The notes: a model not told the origin generated them from the letters alone. 63,996 nucleotides of DNA, filler included, from an uncultured Methanosarcinales archaeon (GCA_964608065.1; 6 parts of 6 records of this genome joined end to end with filler, not necessarily neighbours in it), one strand, 5' to 3'; counted from the first letter of the whole stretch, positions 8,835 through 20,648 are shown. A program made the numbers and translations.

Positions 8835-9035
8835 ATGAGGAAGAAATTACTAGAGTGCAGTATACATGGCCTAACATTATTTAGGTGTAAGAGAAGATGT
8901 TGGAAAAGAGGAGGCAAAAAAGAGAAATCTTATTCTGATGAATATATAGAGGAATGTTTTAAATGTATGAGTGAAGGAATACATAAAAAAGGTGTTGAAC
9001 CTATGCAAAAAAAGAAGAGACATGTTAAAATATAA
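8835..9035 (+). CDS. Small Zn-finger-like hypothetical protein
   Basis: CSIHG...CFKC motif. Confidence 0.5.
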   Translation: MRKKLLECSIHGLTLFRCKRRCWKRGGKKEKSYSDEYIEECFKCMSEGIHKKGVEPMQKKKRHVKI

Positions 9036-9062
9036 TAAGAGAGATAGAGAGAGAAAAAAAAA

Positions 9063-9824
9063 TTACTTCAAACCCCTCAACCTCCTAAAATCATAGACCT
9101 TGTCTGCTACAATATAAACATTAAAATTGTCTAAGTTTTGCTGTAAGAATGGGCTTAGTGTTTTTTCCATCAAAAATCCTTCGGATTTTTGGGGTTCCGA
9201 AAATCTTTGATTTTCGAGAACTTTTGTTATGTCTGTTCCTTCTGTTACTAAATTAAAAGAAGGCTGTACAATTAATGTTTTTCTTTTGAACTTTCCTTTT
9301 AGAAAGCATTTGTATTTTTCGATTCTAGGGCTGTCTTTTAGAGTTATGGCAGGGTGTTCGTGGCCAATAATTATTATTTTACTCTTTTTTATTAATTTTT
9401 CAATGTCTTTGTTTAGTTTATCACCATGAATTACTAGAATATCTTTCAAAATAACATAATCCTTGACTTCAACATTTCTTTTCTTAGCTATTGGACCTAA
9501 AATATTGTCATGGTTGCCTTTTATCAAAATTACTTTTCCGTATTTTGCTAAGAAATCCAATAATTTTAGAGTGTGCCTCCATTCCTGCTCAGAAATTCTG
9601 CCAAACTCATGCTTTATGTCTCCATTGATGATTATGTTATTTACTTTTACTTGTTCTAATATTTTTTCTAGTCTTTTAATGATTTCAGTAAACTGGAACC
9701 TTGGAATTAAAATACCTTGTTTATTCAAGGATTCTTCAAAGCCAATATGTATATCACATATTATCAGGGTTTTATCTATCAACAATCCTAAATCTATGAT
9801 TTTGATGTTGTTGTGAATGTTCAT
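9063..9824 (-). CDS. Metallophosphoesterase (Lhr-associated MPE-like) with an 18-aa in-frame insertion
   Basis: DIHIG, NGDIKH, GNHD, HG, GHEHP motifs; directly downstream of lhr. Confidence 0.9.
   Translation of the reverse strand: MNIHNNIKIIDLGLLIDKTLIICDIHIGFEESLNKQGILIPRFQFTEIIKRLEKILEQVKVNNIIINGDIKHEFGRISEQEWRHTLKLLDFLAKYGKVILIKGNHDNILGPIAKKRNVEVKDYVILKDILVIHGDKLNKDIEKLIKKSKIIIIGHEHPAITLKDSPRIEKYKCFLKGKFKRKTLIVQPSFNLVTEGTDITKVLENQRFSEPQKSEGFLMEKTLSPFLQQNLDNFNVYIVADKVYDFRRLRGLK
9168..9221. repeat. Twin-hairpin element (family B) inserted in frame in the CDS
   Basis: CAAAAATCC-TTC-GGATTTTTG plus GTTCCGAAAATC-TTT-GATTTTCGAGAAC. Confidence 0.75.
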
Positions 9825-12382
9825 TTTTTCTTTCCAATCTTAGCTAATATATTATTGTGCATCTTTCTTATGAACTCTATTTTATCTTCTATCTTCATTA
9901 TGTCAACATAACCTTGTGTTATTAGGTTAAATGCAAATGGGGATGGTAAAGGTGTAGTTATTTTTTTTATTCTTATTTCTTTTTTTTCAATTTTTTCCAT
10001 TATTTTAATTGCATTATCTATATCCATCAGATCTTCAAGAACCTCTCTTCTTGCTTCTTTTAATATTACAAAATCAGGATCAATCCTTTTGACAGCACTC
10101 ATCAATATCATAGAAGAAACCTGCTGTCTTCCAACTCTTTTTCTTCTTCCTTTATAGTTTCTTAAAATCATTAAACTTCTTGTAGCACAATGCCTGAATC
10201 TTCTTTTCAAAACTTCTGTTTTTTCTATTGCCCTTTCACATACTGCTCTTAATTCTTTTGATTTTAGCAAATTCAATGCATTTAATGGATTTATTTTTTT
10301 TGGAGAGGTTATATAAAAACCATTATCATTTATTCCGATCTCAACATTAATATGCTGAGTTCTAGCTATCGCAAAAGCTAAAGCTCTTGACAAACAATCA
10401 TTGACTCTTCTTCCAAATAATATATGGAATAAATAATAAGTCTGCTTTCCATCATTATAGATTTCTACAACTATTTTTTTGTCAGAAGGAATCTGTGAAA
10501 AATTGAATTGTTCGTAGAAATATTCATACAATGCTTCTGCTCCGTTTTTGTCGATGTATAAATATTTATTAAGAAAATCTATGATTTCTTCTTTACTTTT
10601 TCTTTTTGTGAATAAATCATCCATATATCTTCTGAATCTGCCTATGTTCATACCTAAATCAAAGCTTAGTGGCAGCATTTCTGAATACCATGATGGAACA
10701 GTTGGTGGTCTATTTGCAGAAGCATTAACCTGAGCAACCATTCCTCTGCTGAACTTGAACTGATAAACCTGTCCTCCTAAGACAAAAATGTCACCAGGTC
10801 TAAGTCTTTCTAAGAAAGCTTCATCAATTGTTCCGACAGTTTGCTCTCCAACTTTAACTCTTACAGAGGTTTCATCTGGAATAGTTCCTATATTTGTCAT
10901 GTAGATAACTCTACCCATTCTTCCTTTTCTTCCTATCATTCCATTGTCTTTATCATGCCATATCTTAGCATAAATATGCCTGTCTTCCAAGCTTACATAT
11001 TTTCCTGAGAGATAATCAATTACATCCATAAAATCCTTTCTTGTTAGGTCTTTGTAGCAATAGCTTTGTTTTACTAATTTGAAAAGATCATCAATATGTA
11101 TGTTTTCTTCCAAAGCAATACCATCTATTTGTTGTGATAAAACATCTAAGCAGTTAGTTGGAATATGTATTTTGTCTATTTTTCTTTCTATTGCAGATTT
11201 TAACAAGCAGGCACATTCAACTAAGTCATCTCTTCCTAAAACAATAAGCCTTCCTTTAGTTGTGTCATGCAATTTGTGGCCTGATCTTCCAGTTCTTTGC
11301 AATGCTCTTGCTACAGATTTAGGGCTGCTTAATAAGATGACTAAATCAATATAACCAATGTCAATTCCTAATTCTAAACTTGTTGAACATACAACAACTT
11401 TTAGTTTTCCTTCTCTTAATCTGTTTTCAATATTTAATCTGTGTTTTTTAGATAAAGAACCATGGTGAGCACCGATGTTCTCTGTGTAGTTTTTTGGAAA
11501 CTTTTCCTTTAAGTGATGTACAACCCTTTCAGTTGCAGCCCTTGTATTAGTGAATATCAGAGTTGTCTTATGGTCTTGTATTAATTTATCAAGTAAAATA
11601 TACATGCTATTATGCATGTTTTCATGTGTTGTGTTAATTAGATCAGGCAATGGACTTAATACTTTCAGATCCAGTTCTTTAATAAACTGGACATCAACAA
11701 TTTTACAGTTTCTTATTTTATCGTTTTCATAACCTACTAGGTATTTTGCAATTTCTTCTAATGGAGCGACTGTTGCGCTTAATCCAACTCTTGTCAGATG
11801 AGGACTTAGTCTTGATAATCTTTCCATACTTAGATTTAAGTGAACTCCACGTTTGTTTTCAGCTAAAGCATGGACTTCATCTATAATGCACCATTCAACA
11901 TTTCTTAATAATTCTTTAAATTTTATAGAAGACAATACAATAGCTAATGATTCTGGAGTTGTTATTAAGATATGTGGAGGTTTTTTAAGCATTTTTTGCT
12001 TTTCAGAAGGAGTTGTATCTCCTGTTCTTACTGCTACCCTTATGTTTAGTTTTTTACCTGCTATATCTTCCATTTCTTTTAGAGGTTCTTTTAGGTTTTT
12101 TTCAATATCATTGTTCAATGCTTTTAATGGAGATATGTATATGCAGTATACTTTATCCTCTAGAATTCCTTTTTCACTTGAATCAATTAATTCGTTTAAT
12201 ATAGATAAAAAGCCTGTTAATGTTTTTGTTGCTCCTGTTGGAGCTGAAACAAGGATGTTAGACCTTGAATGAATTTCCATGACACCGTATAATTGCGGTA
12301 AAGAAAAAGTCTTAAATCTACTAAAAAACCATTTCTTTACTAATGGATTCAGTATATGTTTAACCTGTTCTTCATTGTAAGG
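9821..12382 (-). CDS. lhr: Lhr-family ATP-dependent helicase, 5' end cut by contig edge
   Basis: SPLKALNND, TTPESL, DEVH, SAT, HHGSLS, STSLELGIDIG, QRTGRSGH; frame open to the contig end. Confidence 0.93.
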   Translation of the reverse strand, partial: PYNEEQVKHILNPLVKKWFFSRFKTFSLPQLYGVMEIHSRSNILVSAPTGATKTLTGFLSILNELIDSSEKGILEDKVYCIYISPLKALNNDIEKNLKEPLKEMEDIAGKKLNIRVAVRTGDTTPSEKQKMLKKPPHILITTPESLAIVLSSIKFKELLRNVEWCIIDEVHALAENKRGVHLNLSMERLSRLSPHLTRVGLSATVAPLEEIAKYLVGYENDKIRNCKIVDVQFIKELDLKVLSPLPDLINTTHENMHNSMYILLDKLIQDHKTTLIFTNTRAATERVVHHLKEKFPKNYTENIGAHHGSLSKKHRLNIENRLREGKLKVVVCSTSLELGIDIGYIDLVILLSSPKSVARALQRTGRSGHKLHDTTKGRLIVLGRDDLVECACLLKSAIERKIDKIHIPTNCLDVLSQQIDGIALEENIHIDDLFKLVKQSYCYKDLTRKDFMDVIDYLSGKYVSLEDRHIYAKIWHDKDNGMIGRKGRMGRVIYMTNIGTIPDETSVRVKVGEQTVGTIDEAFLERLRPGDIFVLGGQVYQFKFSRGMVAQVNASANRPPTVPSWYSEMLPLSFDLGMNIGRFRRYMDDLFTKRKSKEEIIDFLNKYLYIDKNGAEALYEYFYEQFNFSQIPSDKKIVVEIYNDGKQTYYLFHILFGRRVNDCLSRALAFAIARTQHINVEIGINDNGFYITSPKKINPLNALNLLKSKELRAVCERAIEKTEVLKRRFRHCATRSLMILRNYKGRRKRVGRQQVSSMILMSAVKRIDPDFVILKEARREVLEDLMDIDNAIKIMEKIEKKEIRIKKITTPLPSPFAFNLITQGYVDIMKIEDKIEFIRKMHNNILAKIGKKK

Positions 12383-12482
12383 NNNNNNNNNNNNNNNNNN
12401 NNNNNNNNNNNNNNNNNNNNNNNNNNTTAATTAATTAANNNNNNNNNNNNNNNNNNNNNNNNNNNNNNNNNNNNNNNNNNNN
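12383..12482. other. Artificial contig linker
   Basis: N44-TTAATTAATTAA-N44, identical at five sites. Confidence 0.98.
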
Positions 12483-13474
12483 GGAAGATCCATTGAAACA
12501 TGGATTTTATCAATATCAATCTCAGCTCCAAAACCACCAGATTCACACAATTCAGAGCTAGCACACATTATACCACCAGCACCCATATCTTTAAATCCTA
12601 ATTTTATTCCTTTCTTCCTTGCTTCTTTGAAAACCGCTTCTGTTGACCTGATTAACATATTTTTTAAAAAAGGATCTGGAACTTGCACAGCACCTTTATT
12701 ATATTCCTCTTCTTGTTCATCTAAAACTAAACTAGCAAAAGCAGCTCCTCCAAACCCTGAGTTATCAGTTGCTTTTCCAACAATAACAATATCATAGCCT
12801 TCTGCATCCTCAGGAGCAGCCGAATGAATTATATCATCTTCTTTAATTAATCCTAAACAAGCAACATTTACTAAACAATTATCATCAAAACTATTATTAA
12901 AATAAACATCTCCTGCAATATTAGGAACTCCTAAAGGATTAGAATAACCTGCAATACCATCAACAACAGCATTTGCAACATATTTAACATAATTTTTATT
13001 TTTTCCATTTGGATCTCCAAATCTTAAAGGATCTGCTGTTGATATTACTCTTGCTCCCATACATAAAACATCTCTGACTATCCCTCCAATTCCAGTTGCA
13101 GCACCTTCATAAGGAACAACCTGAGATGGATGATTATGGCTTTCATGGGCTATAACAATTCCATACTGCTCTCCATCTACTTTTGCAAATTTTATAATTC
13201 CAGCATCTTCTTTTGGGCCTTGTATCACAGTTGGGCCTTCAGTCGGAAGTAATTTTAGGATTTCCCTGCTTGATTTATAGCTGCAGTGCTCACTCCATTC
13301 AATATTGAACATATGAATTTCAGTTAGGGTTGGATCTCTTCCAATTAATTTAACAATTTCTTTGCACTCTGAAACATTTAAAGCAAGATAATTCTTCTTA
13401 ATAAACTTCTGAATCTCAGCATCAGACATATTAGAAATAAGTACTGTTTCTATATCTACTTTATTTTCCCCCAT
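12483..13474 (-). CDS. purL: Phosphoribosylformylglycinamidine synthase subunit PurL, 3' truncated
   Basis: WSEHCSYKSS, ESHNHPS, GAATGIGGIVRD, VQVPDPF, DMGAGG. Confidence 0.95.
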
Positions 13475-13515
13475 AATCTTGATTAGGAAATAATCTGTTT
13501 AAATAGTTTGCGGTT

Positions 13516-14670
13516 TTAAATCAAATCACCAACAACATAAATAGAACCAGTAACTAAGATTAAATCTTTTTTCTTAGAAATCAACTTAGCATGTTTTAAA
13601 GCCTTCTTATTATCTTCAATTATTAAAAAATATTTATCAACTTCTTTTGCTAATATCCTTGGATCTAAAGCCCTGTAACTATTAGGTTTTGTTAATATCA
13701 CCTTATAAGCCAAAGGAACCAGCTGATTTAACATTGACTTGTAGTCTTTATCTTCCAGAGCTCCGAAGATCAATATTAATTTCCTATATCTTAAAGTTTT
13801 TATATAATCAATCAAAACCTTAACTGCACTAGGATTATGCGCGCAATCAAACAAAATATTATTTTTAAATTCAATCCTTCCACGCCAATTTATTTTTTTT
13901 AATGATTTTTTTATTATTGATGCTTTAATATATGTTATTTTTAATTGATTCAATAGATTAATTGTCTCTACTGCAGTATTTGCATTCTGAATCTGAAATT
14001 TTCCTTTAAGGTTAATTTTATAATTATAGTTTTTTGGGAAATAAACTTCAGAATTTTTAGATTTTGCAACATTTTTGATTACATCTAGAGCCTTACCTCT
14101 CGCTATAGTTATAACAGGAATTTTATTCTTAATAATTCCGCTTTTTTCATATGCAATTTTCTCAACTGTATTGCCTAAAAAAGCAACATGATCTAAACTA
14201 ATGCTTGTTATGACTGAAACCAATGGTTTGACAACATTTGTCGCATCTAACCTACCGCCCATTCCAACCTCTAAAATTAAAAAATCAGGATTTTTATCCT
14301 TAAAAAACAAAAAAGCCATTGCAGTTATAAACTCAAAATAAGTTTCATTTTTAGAATATTTCTTAACCTTATTGAAATATTTGATAAACTCTTTCTTTGA
14401 AATATTTTTATCATTAACTTTAAACCTTTCTTTAATATCTTTCAAATGAGGGCTTGTGTACATCCCAACCTTATAACCAGCTCCCTGTAATATAGAACTT
14501 AACATTGCACAAACACTCCCTTTTCCATTAGTTCCTGCAACATGTATTACTTTCAAACCCTTTTCAGGATTGCCTAATTTCTTCAGTATAGCTCTAATCC
14601 TGCTTAAACTAAAATGCGTCCCAAACATTTCTAATTTATTCAGATAATCAATAATCTGGTTATAGTTCAT
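13516..14670 (-). CDS. folC: Folylpolyglutamate/dihydrofolate synthase
   Basis: HVAGTNGKGS, YTSPHL, EVGMGGRLDATN, DCAHN, TGSIY. Confidence 0.95.
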   Translation of the reverse strand: MNYNQIIDYLNKLEMFGTHFSLSRIRAILKKLGNPEKGLKVIHVAGTNGKGSVCAMLSSILQGAGYKVGMYTSPHLKDIKERFKVNDKNISKKEFIKYFNKVKKYSKNETYFEFITAMAFLFFKDKNPDFLILEVGMGGRLDATNVVKPLVSVITSISLDHVAFLGNTVEKIAYEKSGIIKNKIPVITIARGKALDVIKNVAKSKNSEVYFPKNYNYKINLKGKFQIQNANTAVETINLLNQLKITYIKASIIKKSLKKINWRGRIEFKNNILFDCAHNPSAVKVLIDYIKTLRYRKLILIFGALEDKDYKSMLNQLVPLAYKVILTKPNSYRALDPRILAKEVDKYFLIIEDNKKALKHAKLISKKKDLILVTGSIYVVGDLI

Positions 14671-14708
14671 AAGAATAATAAGTTTAAATTGATTTAAATA
14701 ATTATTGA

Positions 14709-16118
14709 TTAATGCCTAAAAACCCTAAACCCAGTAAAAACCATTGACATATTGTGCTCATTAACAGCATCAATAACTTCCTGGTCCCTTATTGAACCAC
14801 CAGGTTGTATAACTCCAATAACTCCTGCTTGTGCTGCAACATCAATCCCATCTCTAAACGGAAAAAATGCATCAGAAGCCATTACACTTCCATGAGAATT
14901 TTTGCCAGCTTTAAAGCTNNNNNNNNNNNNNNNNNNNNNNNNNNNNNNNNNNNNNNNNNNNNNNNNNNNNNNNNNNNNNNNNNNNNNNNNNNNNNNNNNN
15001 NNNNNNNNNNNNNNNNNNTTTTTCATAGAATAATTATGAACTTCTTTGCTAATAGGGCCTGTCTCCAATATCCTCAGATTTTTCTTTTCTTTTAATAATT
15101 TTAAAGCATCTTTATCAAAACTTGGAGCTATAACACATTCTGCAAACAAAGGTCTTATATGCTTAGCAGTTTCTAAATTACATTTTCTGTTTAATGCAAT
15201 AATGCTTCCATAAGCTGCAGTTGTATCTGCTTCATGTGCTACTTTAAATGCATCTTCTAATTTTGATTTAGAAGCTACTCCACAAGGATTAGTATGTTTC
15301 ACTATTGAAGCAGTTGGTTCATCAAATTCCTTGATTAACTGGAAAGCAGCATCAATATCCATTATATTATTAAAAGAAAGCTCTTTTCCATGCAGCTGTT
15401 TGGAATTTGTAACACAAGTTTCAGTTATTCTTCCGCATGAATAAAAAGCTGCTTTTTGGAAATGATTTTCTCCATAGCGTAAGTCCCTTATCTTCTTCAG
15501 TGGGATATTAAATAACTCAGGAAACAAACATTCCTCATAATTATCAAGAGTATACATATGGAAAAATGAATCATATCTTGTAGTATTTTCAAAGACTTTT
15601 GAAGCTAATAAAATTCTTTTTTTAAAAGATAAATCTCCTTTATTTAGTTCTCTTAAAATCATATTATAATCACGAGGATCAATTACAGGAATAACATCTT
15701 TGAAGTTTTTTGCGGCTGCCCTTATCATTGTAGGGCCTCCAATATCAATGTTTTTGATAACATCATTAAGTTTTACATCAAGTTTCTGAACAGTTTCTTC
15801 TAATGGATAAAGATTAACAACAACTAAATCAATCAAATCTATATTTAGTTTTTTCAGCTGCTGCATATGTTTTTTATTAGATCTTACAGCTAATATTCCA
15901 GCATGTATCTTTGGATGTAAAGTTTTAACTCTATTATCTAAAATCTCTGGAAAACCAGTATAATCTTCTACTTTTATAACAGGAATATTATTCTTCTTCA
16001 ACAAAGCTGCAGTCCCTCCTGTTGATAATATTTCAATACCTAATTTATGCAAACCTTTAGCAAACTCTACAATTCCTTCTTTATTATATACTGAGATTAA
16101 TGCTTTCTTTATTTTCAT
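14709..16118 (-). CDS. purH: Bifunctional AICAR formyltransferase/IMP cyclohydrolase (contains a scaffold gap)
   Basis: [40 protein letters not shown]. Confidence 0.95.
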   Translation of the reverse strand: MKIKKALISVYNKEGIVEFAKGLHKLGIEILSTGGTAALLKKNNIPVIKVEDYTGFPEILDNRVKTLHPKIHAGILAVRSNKKHMQQLKKLNIDLIDLVVVNLYPLEETVQKLDVKLNDVIKNIDIGGPTMIRAAAKNFKDVIPVIDPRDYNMILRELNKGDLSFKKRILLASKVFENTTRYDSFFHMYTLDNYEECLFPELFNIPLKKIRDLRYGENHFQKAAFYSCGRITETCVTNSKQLHGKELSFNNIMDIDAAFQLIKEFDEPTASIVKHTNPCGVASKSKLEDAFKVAHEADTTAAYGSIIALNRKCNLETAKHIRPLFAECVIAPSFDKDALKLLKEKKNLRILETGPISKEVHNYSMKXXXXXXXXXXXXXXXXXXXXXXXXXXXXXXXXXXSFKAGKNSHGSVMASDAFFPFRDGIDVAAQAGVIGVIQPGGSIRDQEVIDAVNEHNMSMVFTGFRVFRH

Positions 16119-16726
16119 TTTACATGCACCACCCTTCCTTTAACCTTTAATTTACCTTGTGCAAATTTTTTTATTCCTTCAATAATACATTCACTCTCTA
16201 ATTTTTGAACTTTATTTTTTAAAGTATCTGCAGTATCTTTCTCTAAAATTGGAATTGCTTTTTGAGCAATAATAGGACCTGTATCCTGGCCTTCATCAAC
16301 AAAGTGCAATGTGCATCCTGTAACTTTACAGCCATGCTTCAAAATTTCTTCATGAACATTAAGATCCATACCTCCTGCAAAAGCTGGCAGTAAACTTGGA
16401 TGTATATTCATTATTTTATTCTTGTATTTGTCAACAAACCATTTGCTTAGATATCTCATATAGCCAATAAGTAATATTAACTCTACTTTGTCCTCATCCA
16501 AAACTTTAGCTAATTCCTTATCAAATTCCTCTCTTGATTTACCTTTAGAATCGATAAATACTGCTTTTATATTGTGTTTTTTAGCTCTTTCCAGACAATA
16601 AGCATCCTTTTTATTAGATATAAGAACAGAAATCTTAGCACTTAGTTTCTTAGCCTTTATTGCGCCTATAACTCCCTGTAAGTCAGACGCTTTTGTTGAA
16701 GCTAAAACTCCAATATTTATCAACAT
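16115..16726 (-). CDS. purN: Phosphoribosylglycinamide formyltransferase
   Basis: NIHPSLLP, GCTLHFV, DTGPII. Confidence 0.93.
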   Translation of the reverse strand: MLINIGVLASTKASDLQGVIGAIKAKKLSAKISVLISNKKDAYCLERAKKHNIKAVFIDSKGKSREEFDKELAKVLDEDKVELILLIGYMRYLSKWFVDKYKNKIMNIHPSLLPAFAGGMDLNVHEEILKHGCKVTGCTLHFVDEGQDTGPIIAQKAIPILEKDTADTLKNKVQKLESECIIEGIKKFAQGKLKVKGRVVHVK

Positions 16727-16755
16727 ACCACCCGAGATAGGAGAAATAAACACTC

Positions 16756-17604
16756 TTATTTATAAATTTTTGGGTAATTATTTACAGCTATCAACATATT
16801 CTCCAGCAAACTAGCAATAGTCATAGGACCTACACCACCTGGAACTGGACTAATATAAGAAGCAACCTTTTTAACTTCTTTAAAATCAACATCTCCAATA
16901 ACTTTATCGTTTTTCTTGTTGATTCCAACATCAATTACTACAGCACCCTTCTTAACCATGTTCTTTTTAATCAAATTAGGAACACCTGTTGCTGAAATTA
17001 AAATATCTGCTTTAGAAGTATATTGCTTTAAATCTTTAGTAAACTCATGACATACAGTTACAGTTGCACCTTTATTTAACAACATCATTGCTAATGGTTT
17101 TCCAACAACAGCACTATGTCCAACTATAACAACACCTTTTCCTTTAACATCAATTTTATAATTATCCAATAAACTAACAATACCTTTAGGAGTAGCAGGA
17201 AGTAATCTTTCATTATTTATTATAATATCTCCTAAACTTACAGAATTCAATCCATCCACATCCTTTAAAGGATTTATTGCCTGCAAAACAAGTTGTTTAT
17301 CCATATGTTTAGGCAATGGCAACTGAACCATTATTCCATTTATCTTATCGTTTTTATTCAAACTCATTATTGCTTCAATAATCTCTGTATCCAAAGCATT
17401 CTCCTTGAATTTATACAACTCAAAACCAATACCACATTCATGGCATGCTTTCTTCTTCATATTAACATACATAACAGAAGCAGAGTTATCTCCAACTAAA
17501 ATAGCTGCTAAGCCTGGTTTAAGTTTAAGTTTTTTAACTTTAGCTTTAACTTCTTTCCTGATTTTATCAGCTAATTTCTTTCCATCTAATATTTTAGCTG
17601 TCAT
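16756..17604 (-). CDS. folD: Methylenetetrahydrofolate dehydrogenase/cyclohydrolase
   Basis: VQLPLP, KDVDG, PATPKG, DVGIN, PVPGGVGPMT. Confidence 0.96.
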   Translation of the reverse strand: MTAKILDGKKLADKIRKEVKAKVKKLKLKPGLAAILVGDNSASVMYVNMKKKACHECGIGFELYKFKENALDTEIIEAIMSLNKNDKINGIMVQLPLPKHMDKQLVLQAINPLKDVDGLNSVSLGDIIINNERLLPATPKGIVSLLDNYKIDVKGKGVVIVGHSAVVGKPLAMMLLNKGATVTVCHEFTKDLKQYTSKADILISATGVPNLIKKNMVKKGAVVIDVGINKKNDKVIGDVDFKEVKKVASYISPVPGGVGPMTIASLLENMLIAVNNYPKIYK

Positions 17605-17711
17605 ATAAAATATTAATAATTAGTAATTAATAAAACTATCGAAAACATTTTTTATTTTCAAGCTTTGAAAATAACAATCTTTATATACACTTTATCTATC
17701 AATATCTTAAA

Positions 17712-19286
17712 ATGTTTTGGGAATTCCAAAAAGCTGCTAAAGAAATCTATGAAAAAGCTAAAAGAGAAAATAGACTTATTTATAATGCTTCTGATGAAGA
17801 GTTAAGAAAACTGGCAGTTAAAGAGCCAATCATTAAGGCAACTAACTATGGAAGTATAGTTGCAGAATCAGAACCTATGTCAAGGGCAGCTATGTTCACT
17901 ACAAATAATATTGACACAGAATTTGGAAAAGAAGAATTAAAACTATTAGAGCAAGCAAAACAATATTCAACAAAAGAAGAATTAGTTGCAATTGACTGTC
18001 AGGTTGGAGATGGAAAAGAAAATATAACTGCCAGATTGATTGTTCCAAAAAGATTTGCTCATGTTGCTTATGCTGGAAGAAAACTATTCAAACCAACAAC
18101 AACTGAAAATCCTACTTATCAGGTTATAATGTTCTTTGATGAATCTTTTGAAAAAAATAAAAAGAAAGCATTGCCTGAAAAAGATATCGCAATAAGGATT
18201 GCATTCAGCAAAAAAGGTGAAATGGTAAAAATAGTCAGAAACTCTAATTATTTTGGAGAATGGAAAAAAGGTGTTTTTGCAGGAGAAGACTGGAGAGTAA
18301 AACAAAATAAAGATGCTATATTTTTACATGCAGGCTGCAGACAGGATTGTCTTGAAAGCTCTCATGGAGATTATATAACTCAAAATTCATTATTTGTTGC
18401 ATTAAGCGCTAATGGAAAAACTTCTACAACCTGTAAAATATTAGCAAGAAAAGGAGAAGAAAAATCCTGGTTAGTACAGGATGATGGAGGAACATTAAGA
18501 AAAGATGGATCTTTCAATGGATTTGAAGCTGGCGGATTGTTTGTTAAGACAGACGGAATAAACCCAAAAACACAGTTAGAAGCATATTATGGTTGTTTAA
18601 AATCATCTACATTCCTTGAAAATGTATGGCTAGAGAAAAATGGTGAAATTGATTTCTATAATATAGAAACCACATCCAATGGAAGAGCTATAATTGAAAG
18701 AGAGCATTTTACACATGCAAGCAAAGATATTAATGTTGATAAAGTCCATAATATCTTCATTATTACAAGAGGTCCAATAATTCCTGCTATCTCAAAACTT
18801 ACACAAGAACAAGCAACTGCTTTTATGGTTTTAGGCCAGTCAATGGAATCTTCAGCTGGAGATCCAACACAAACTGGAAAGATAAAGAATGTTTTCTTTT
18901 ATGATCCATTTATAGCTGGAAACAAAGAAGAGCATGCAAACTTATTTTATGATATATTAAAGAAAAACCCTCAGATAAATTGCTACTTGCTTAATACTGG
19001 TGGAATAGGAGAAGCTAATGAATACCATGAAATCAGCTTACAAGAAACAATGGGAATCCTTGATTCTATATTGAGATGTGGTCTTAATGATTGGCTCCTT
19101 TCAAAAGAAACAGGATTACTAGTCCCAAAATCAATAAGAATGGTTGATTCTATTTTACTACATCCTGAAAAACTATATCCCAAAGCAGTTTTTGAAAAAC
19201 TACAAAAAGGATTAGATAAACAAAGAAGTGAAATTCTTAAAAAATATCCTGGATTGAATAAAAAAATAAAAGAAGTGTTTAAATAA
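17712..19286 (+). CDS. pckA: Phosphoenolpyruvate carboxykinase (ATP)-like protein
   Basis: YFGEWKKG, LHAG, LSANGKTS, VQDD, FEAGG, LENV, NGRA, YLLNTG. Confidence 0.8.
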   Translation: MFWEFQKAAKEIYEKAKRENRLIYNASDEELRKLAVKEPIIKATNYGSIVAESEPMSRAAMFTTNNIDTEFGKEELKLLEQAKQYSTKEELVAIDCQVGDGKENITARLIVPKRFAHVAYAGRKLFKPTTTENPTYQVIMFFDESFEKNKKKALPEKDIAIRIAFSKKGEMVKIVRNSNYFGEWKKGVFAGEDWRVKQNKDAIFLHAGCRQDCLESSHGDYITQNSLFVALSANGKTSTTCKILARKGEEKSWLVQDDGGTLRKDGSFNGFEAGGLFVKTDGINPKTQLEAYYGCLKSSTFLENVWLEKNGEIDFYNIETTSNGRAIIEREHFTHASKDINVDKVHNIFIITRGPIIPAISKLTQEQATAFMVLGQSMESSAGDPTQTGKIKNVFFYDPFIAGNKEEHANLFYDILKKNPQINCYLLNTGGIGEANEYHEISLQETMGILDSILRCGLNDWLLSKETGLLVPKSIRMVDSILLHPEKLYPKAVFEKLQKGLDKQRSEILKKYPGLNKKIKEVFK

Positions 19287-19288
19287 GT

Positions 19289-20563
19289 TTATTTGAGTAC
19301 TTCCAACCCTTCATACAATGGAAACTTATTACATAATTCCAGAATATCGTTCTTAACTTTCTCAATAACTTTCTTATTTTCATAATTATCAATTATAGTT
19401 GCTATACCTTTAGCTATTACTTTCATCTCACTTTCCTTAAATCCTCTTGTTGTTACAGCTGGTGTTCCTATCCTTATCCCAGAAGGATTAAATGGAGATG
19501 AAGGTTCATATGGAATAGTATTTTTATTTGTGAATATTCCTGCTTCTTCCAAAGCATTCTGCACTTCTTTTCCTTTACCTGTTAACTTCTTTGGTGTTAA
19601 ATCAATAACCATCAGATGATTGTCAGTACCATCTGTAACTAACTTCACACCTAATGACATTAATTCTTCTGACAAAGATTTGGCATTCTTTACAACCTGT
19701 CCAATATACTTCTTATAATCTGGCTGCAACGCTTCTTTAAATGCAACAGCTTTTGCTGCCTGCATATGATCATGAGGTCCTCCCTGCAATCCTGGGAACA
19801 CAGCTCTGTCTATATCTTTTGCAAATTTCTCTTTGCATAAAATTATTGCTCCTCTTGGTCCTCTTAATGTTTTATGAGTGGTTGTTGTCACAACATCAGC
19901 ATAAGGAACAGGACTTTGATGATAACCTGTGATGCATAATCCTGCAATATGTGCAACATCTGCCATATGTACTGCTCCTACATCTTTTGCTATCTCTCCA
20001 AATTCTTTAAAATCTATCTTCCTAGGATATGCTGTTAATCCTGAGATTATCATCTTAGGCTTTTCTTTTTCAGCTATCTTCCTTATCTTATCGTAATCTA
20101 ACAAATGTGTTTTTTCATCAACATTATAAGGAATACAATTATAATTCTTTCCGGAAAAATTTATAGCTAATCCATGAGTCAGATGACCTCCTGCATTCAG
20201 ATCAAGTCCCATAAACTTATCATCAATATTCAATAATGCAAAGAAAACAGCTTGGTTTGCGGGGCTTCCAGATAATGGCTGTACATTGACATGCTCTGCT
20301 TTGAACAATTTCTTTGCTCTTTCTATAGCTAAATCTTCAACATTATCAGCAAACTCATTGCCTCCATAATATCTTTTATGAGGATAACCTTCAGAATATT
20401 TATTCATAAAAATACTGCCTAAAGCCTGCATCACAGCCTTGCTTACAAAATTCTCAGATGGAATTAGCTCAACACCATTTCTAACTCTCACTATTTCATT
20501 CTTTATCTGCTTTAGAATCTCTGGATCTTTTTTATTGATATCATCCATCATCATAACTACCAC
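19289..20563 (-). CDS. glyA: Serine hydroxymethyltransferase, bacterial type
   Basis: [38 protein letters not shown]. Confidence 0.97.
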   Translation of the reverse strand: MVVMMMDDINKKDPEILKQIKNEIVRVRNGVELIPSENFVSKAVMQALGSIFMNKYSEGYPHKRYYGGNEFADNVEDLAIERAKKLFKAEHVNVQPLSGSPANQAVFFALLNIDDKFMGLDLNAGGHLTHGLAINFSGKNYNCIPYNVDEKTHLLDYDKIRKIAEKEKPKMIISGLTAYPRKIDFKEFGEIAKDVGAVHMADVAHIAGLCITGYHQSPVPYADVVTTTTHKTLRGPRGAIILCKEKFAKDIDRAVFPGLQGGPHDHMQAAKAVAFKEALQPDYKKYIGQVVKNAKSLSEELMSLGVKLVTDGTDNHLMVIDLTPKKLTGKGKEVQNALEEAGIFTNKNTIPYEPSSPFNPSGIRIGTPAVTTRGFKESEMKVIAKGIATIIDNYENKKVIEKVKNDILELCNKFPLYEGLEVLK

Positions 20564-20648
20564 CAGAATAATTGAAGATAAGAAATAGTTTAAATATGTT
20601 GTGGTTTTAGTAAATTATTTAAACCAAATATAAGATACATCTATTCTC

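Noticed and set aside
12222..12245. Inactive Lhr because Walker A reads GATKT
   Set aside because: The catalytic Lys-Thr and all other helicase motifs are intact
17652..17674. Palindrome TTATTTTCAA-GCT-TTGAAAATAA between folD and pckA
   Set aside because: AT-rich single instance; cannot tell an operator from a stray hairpin or chance
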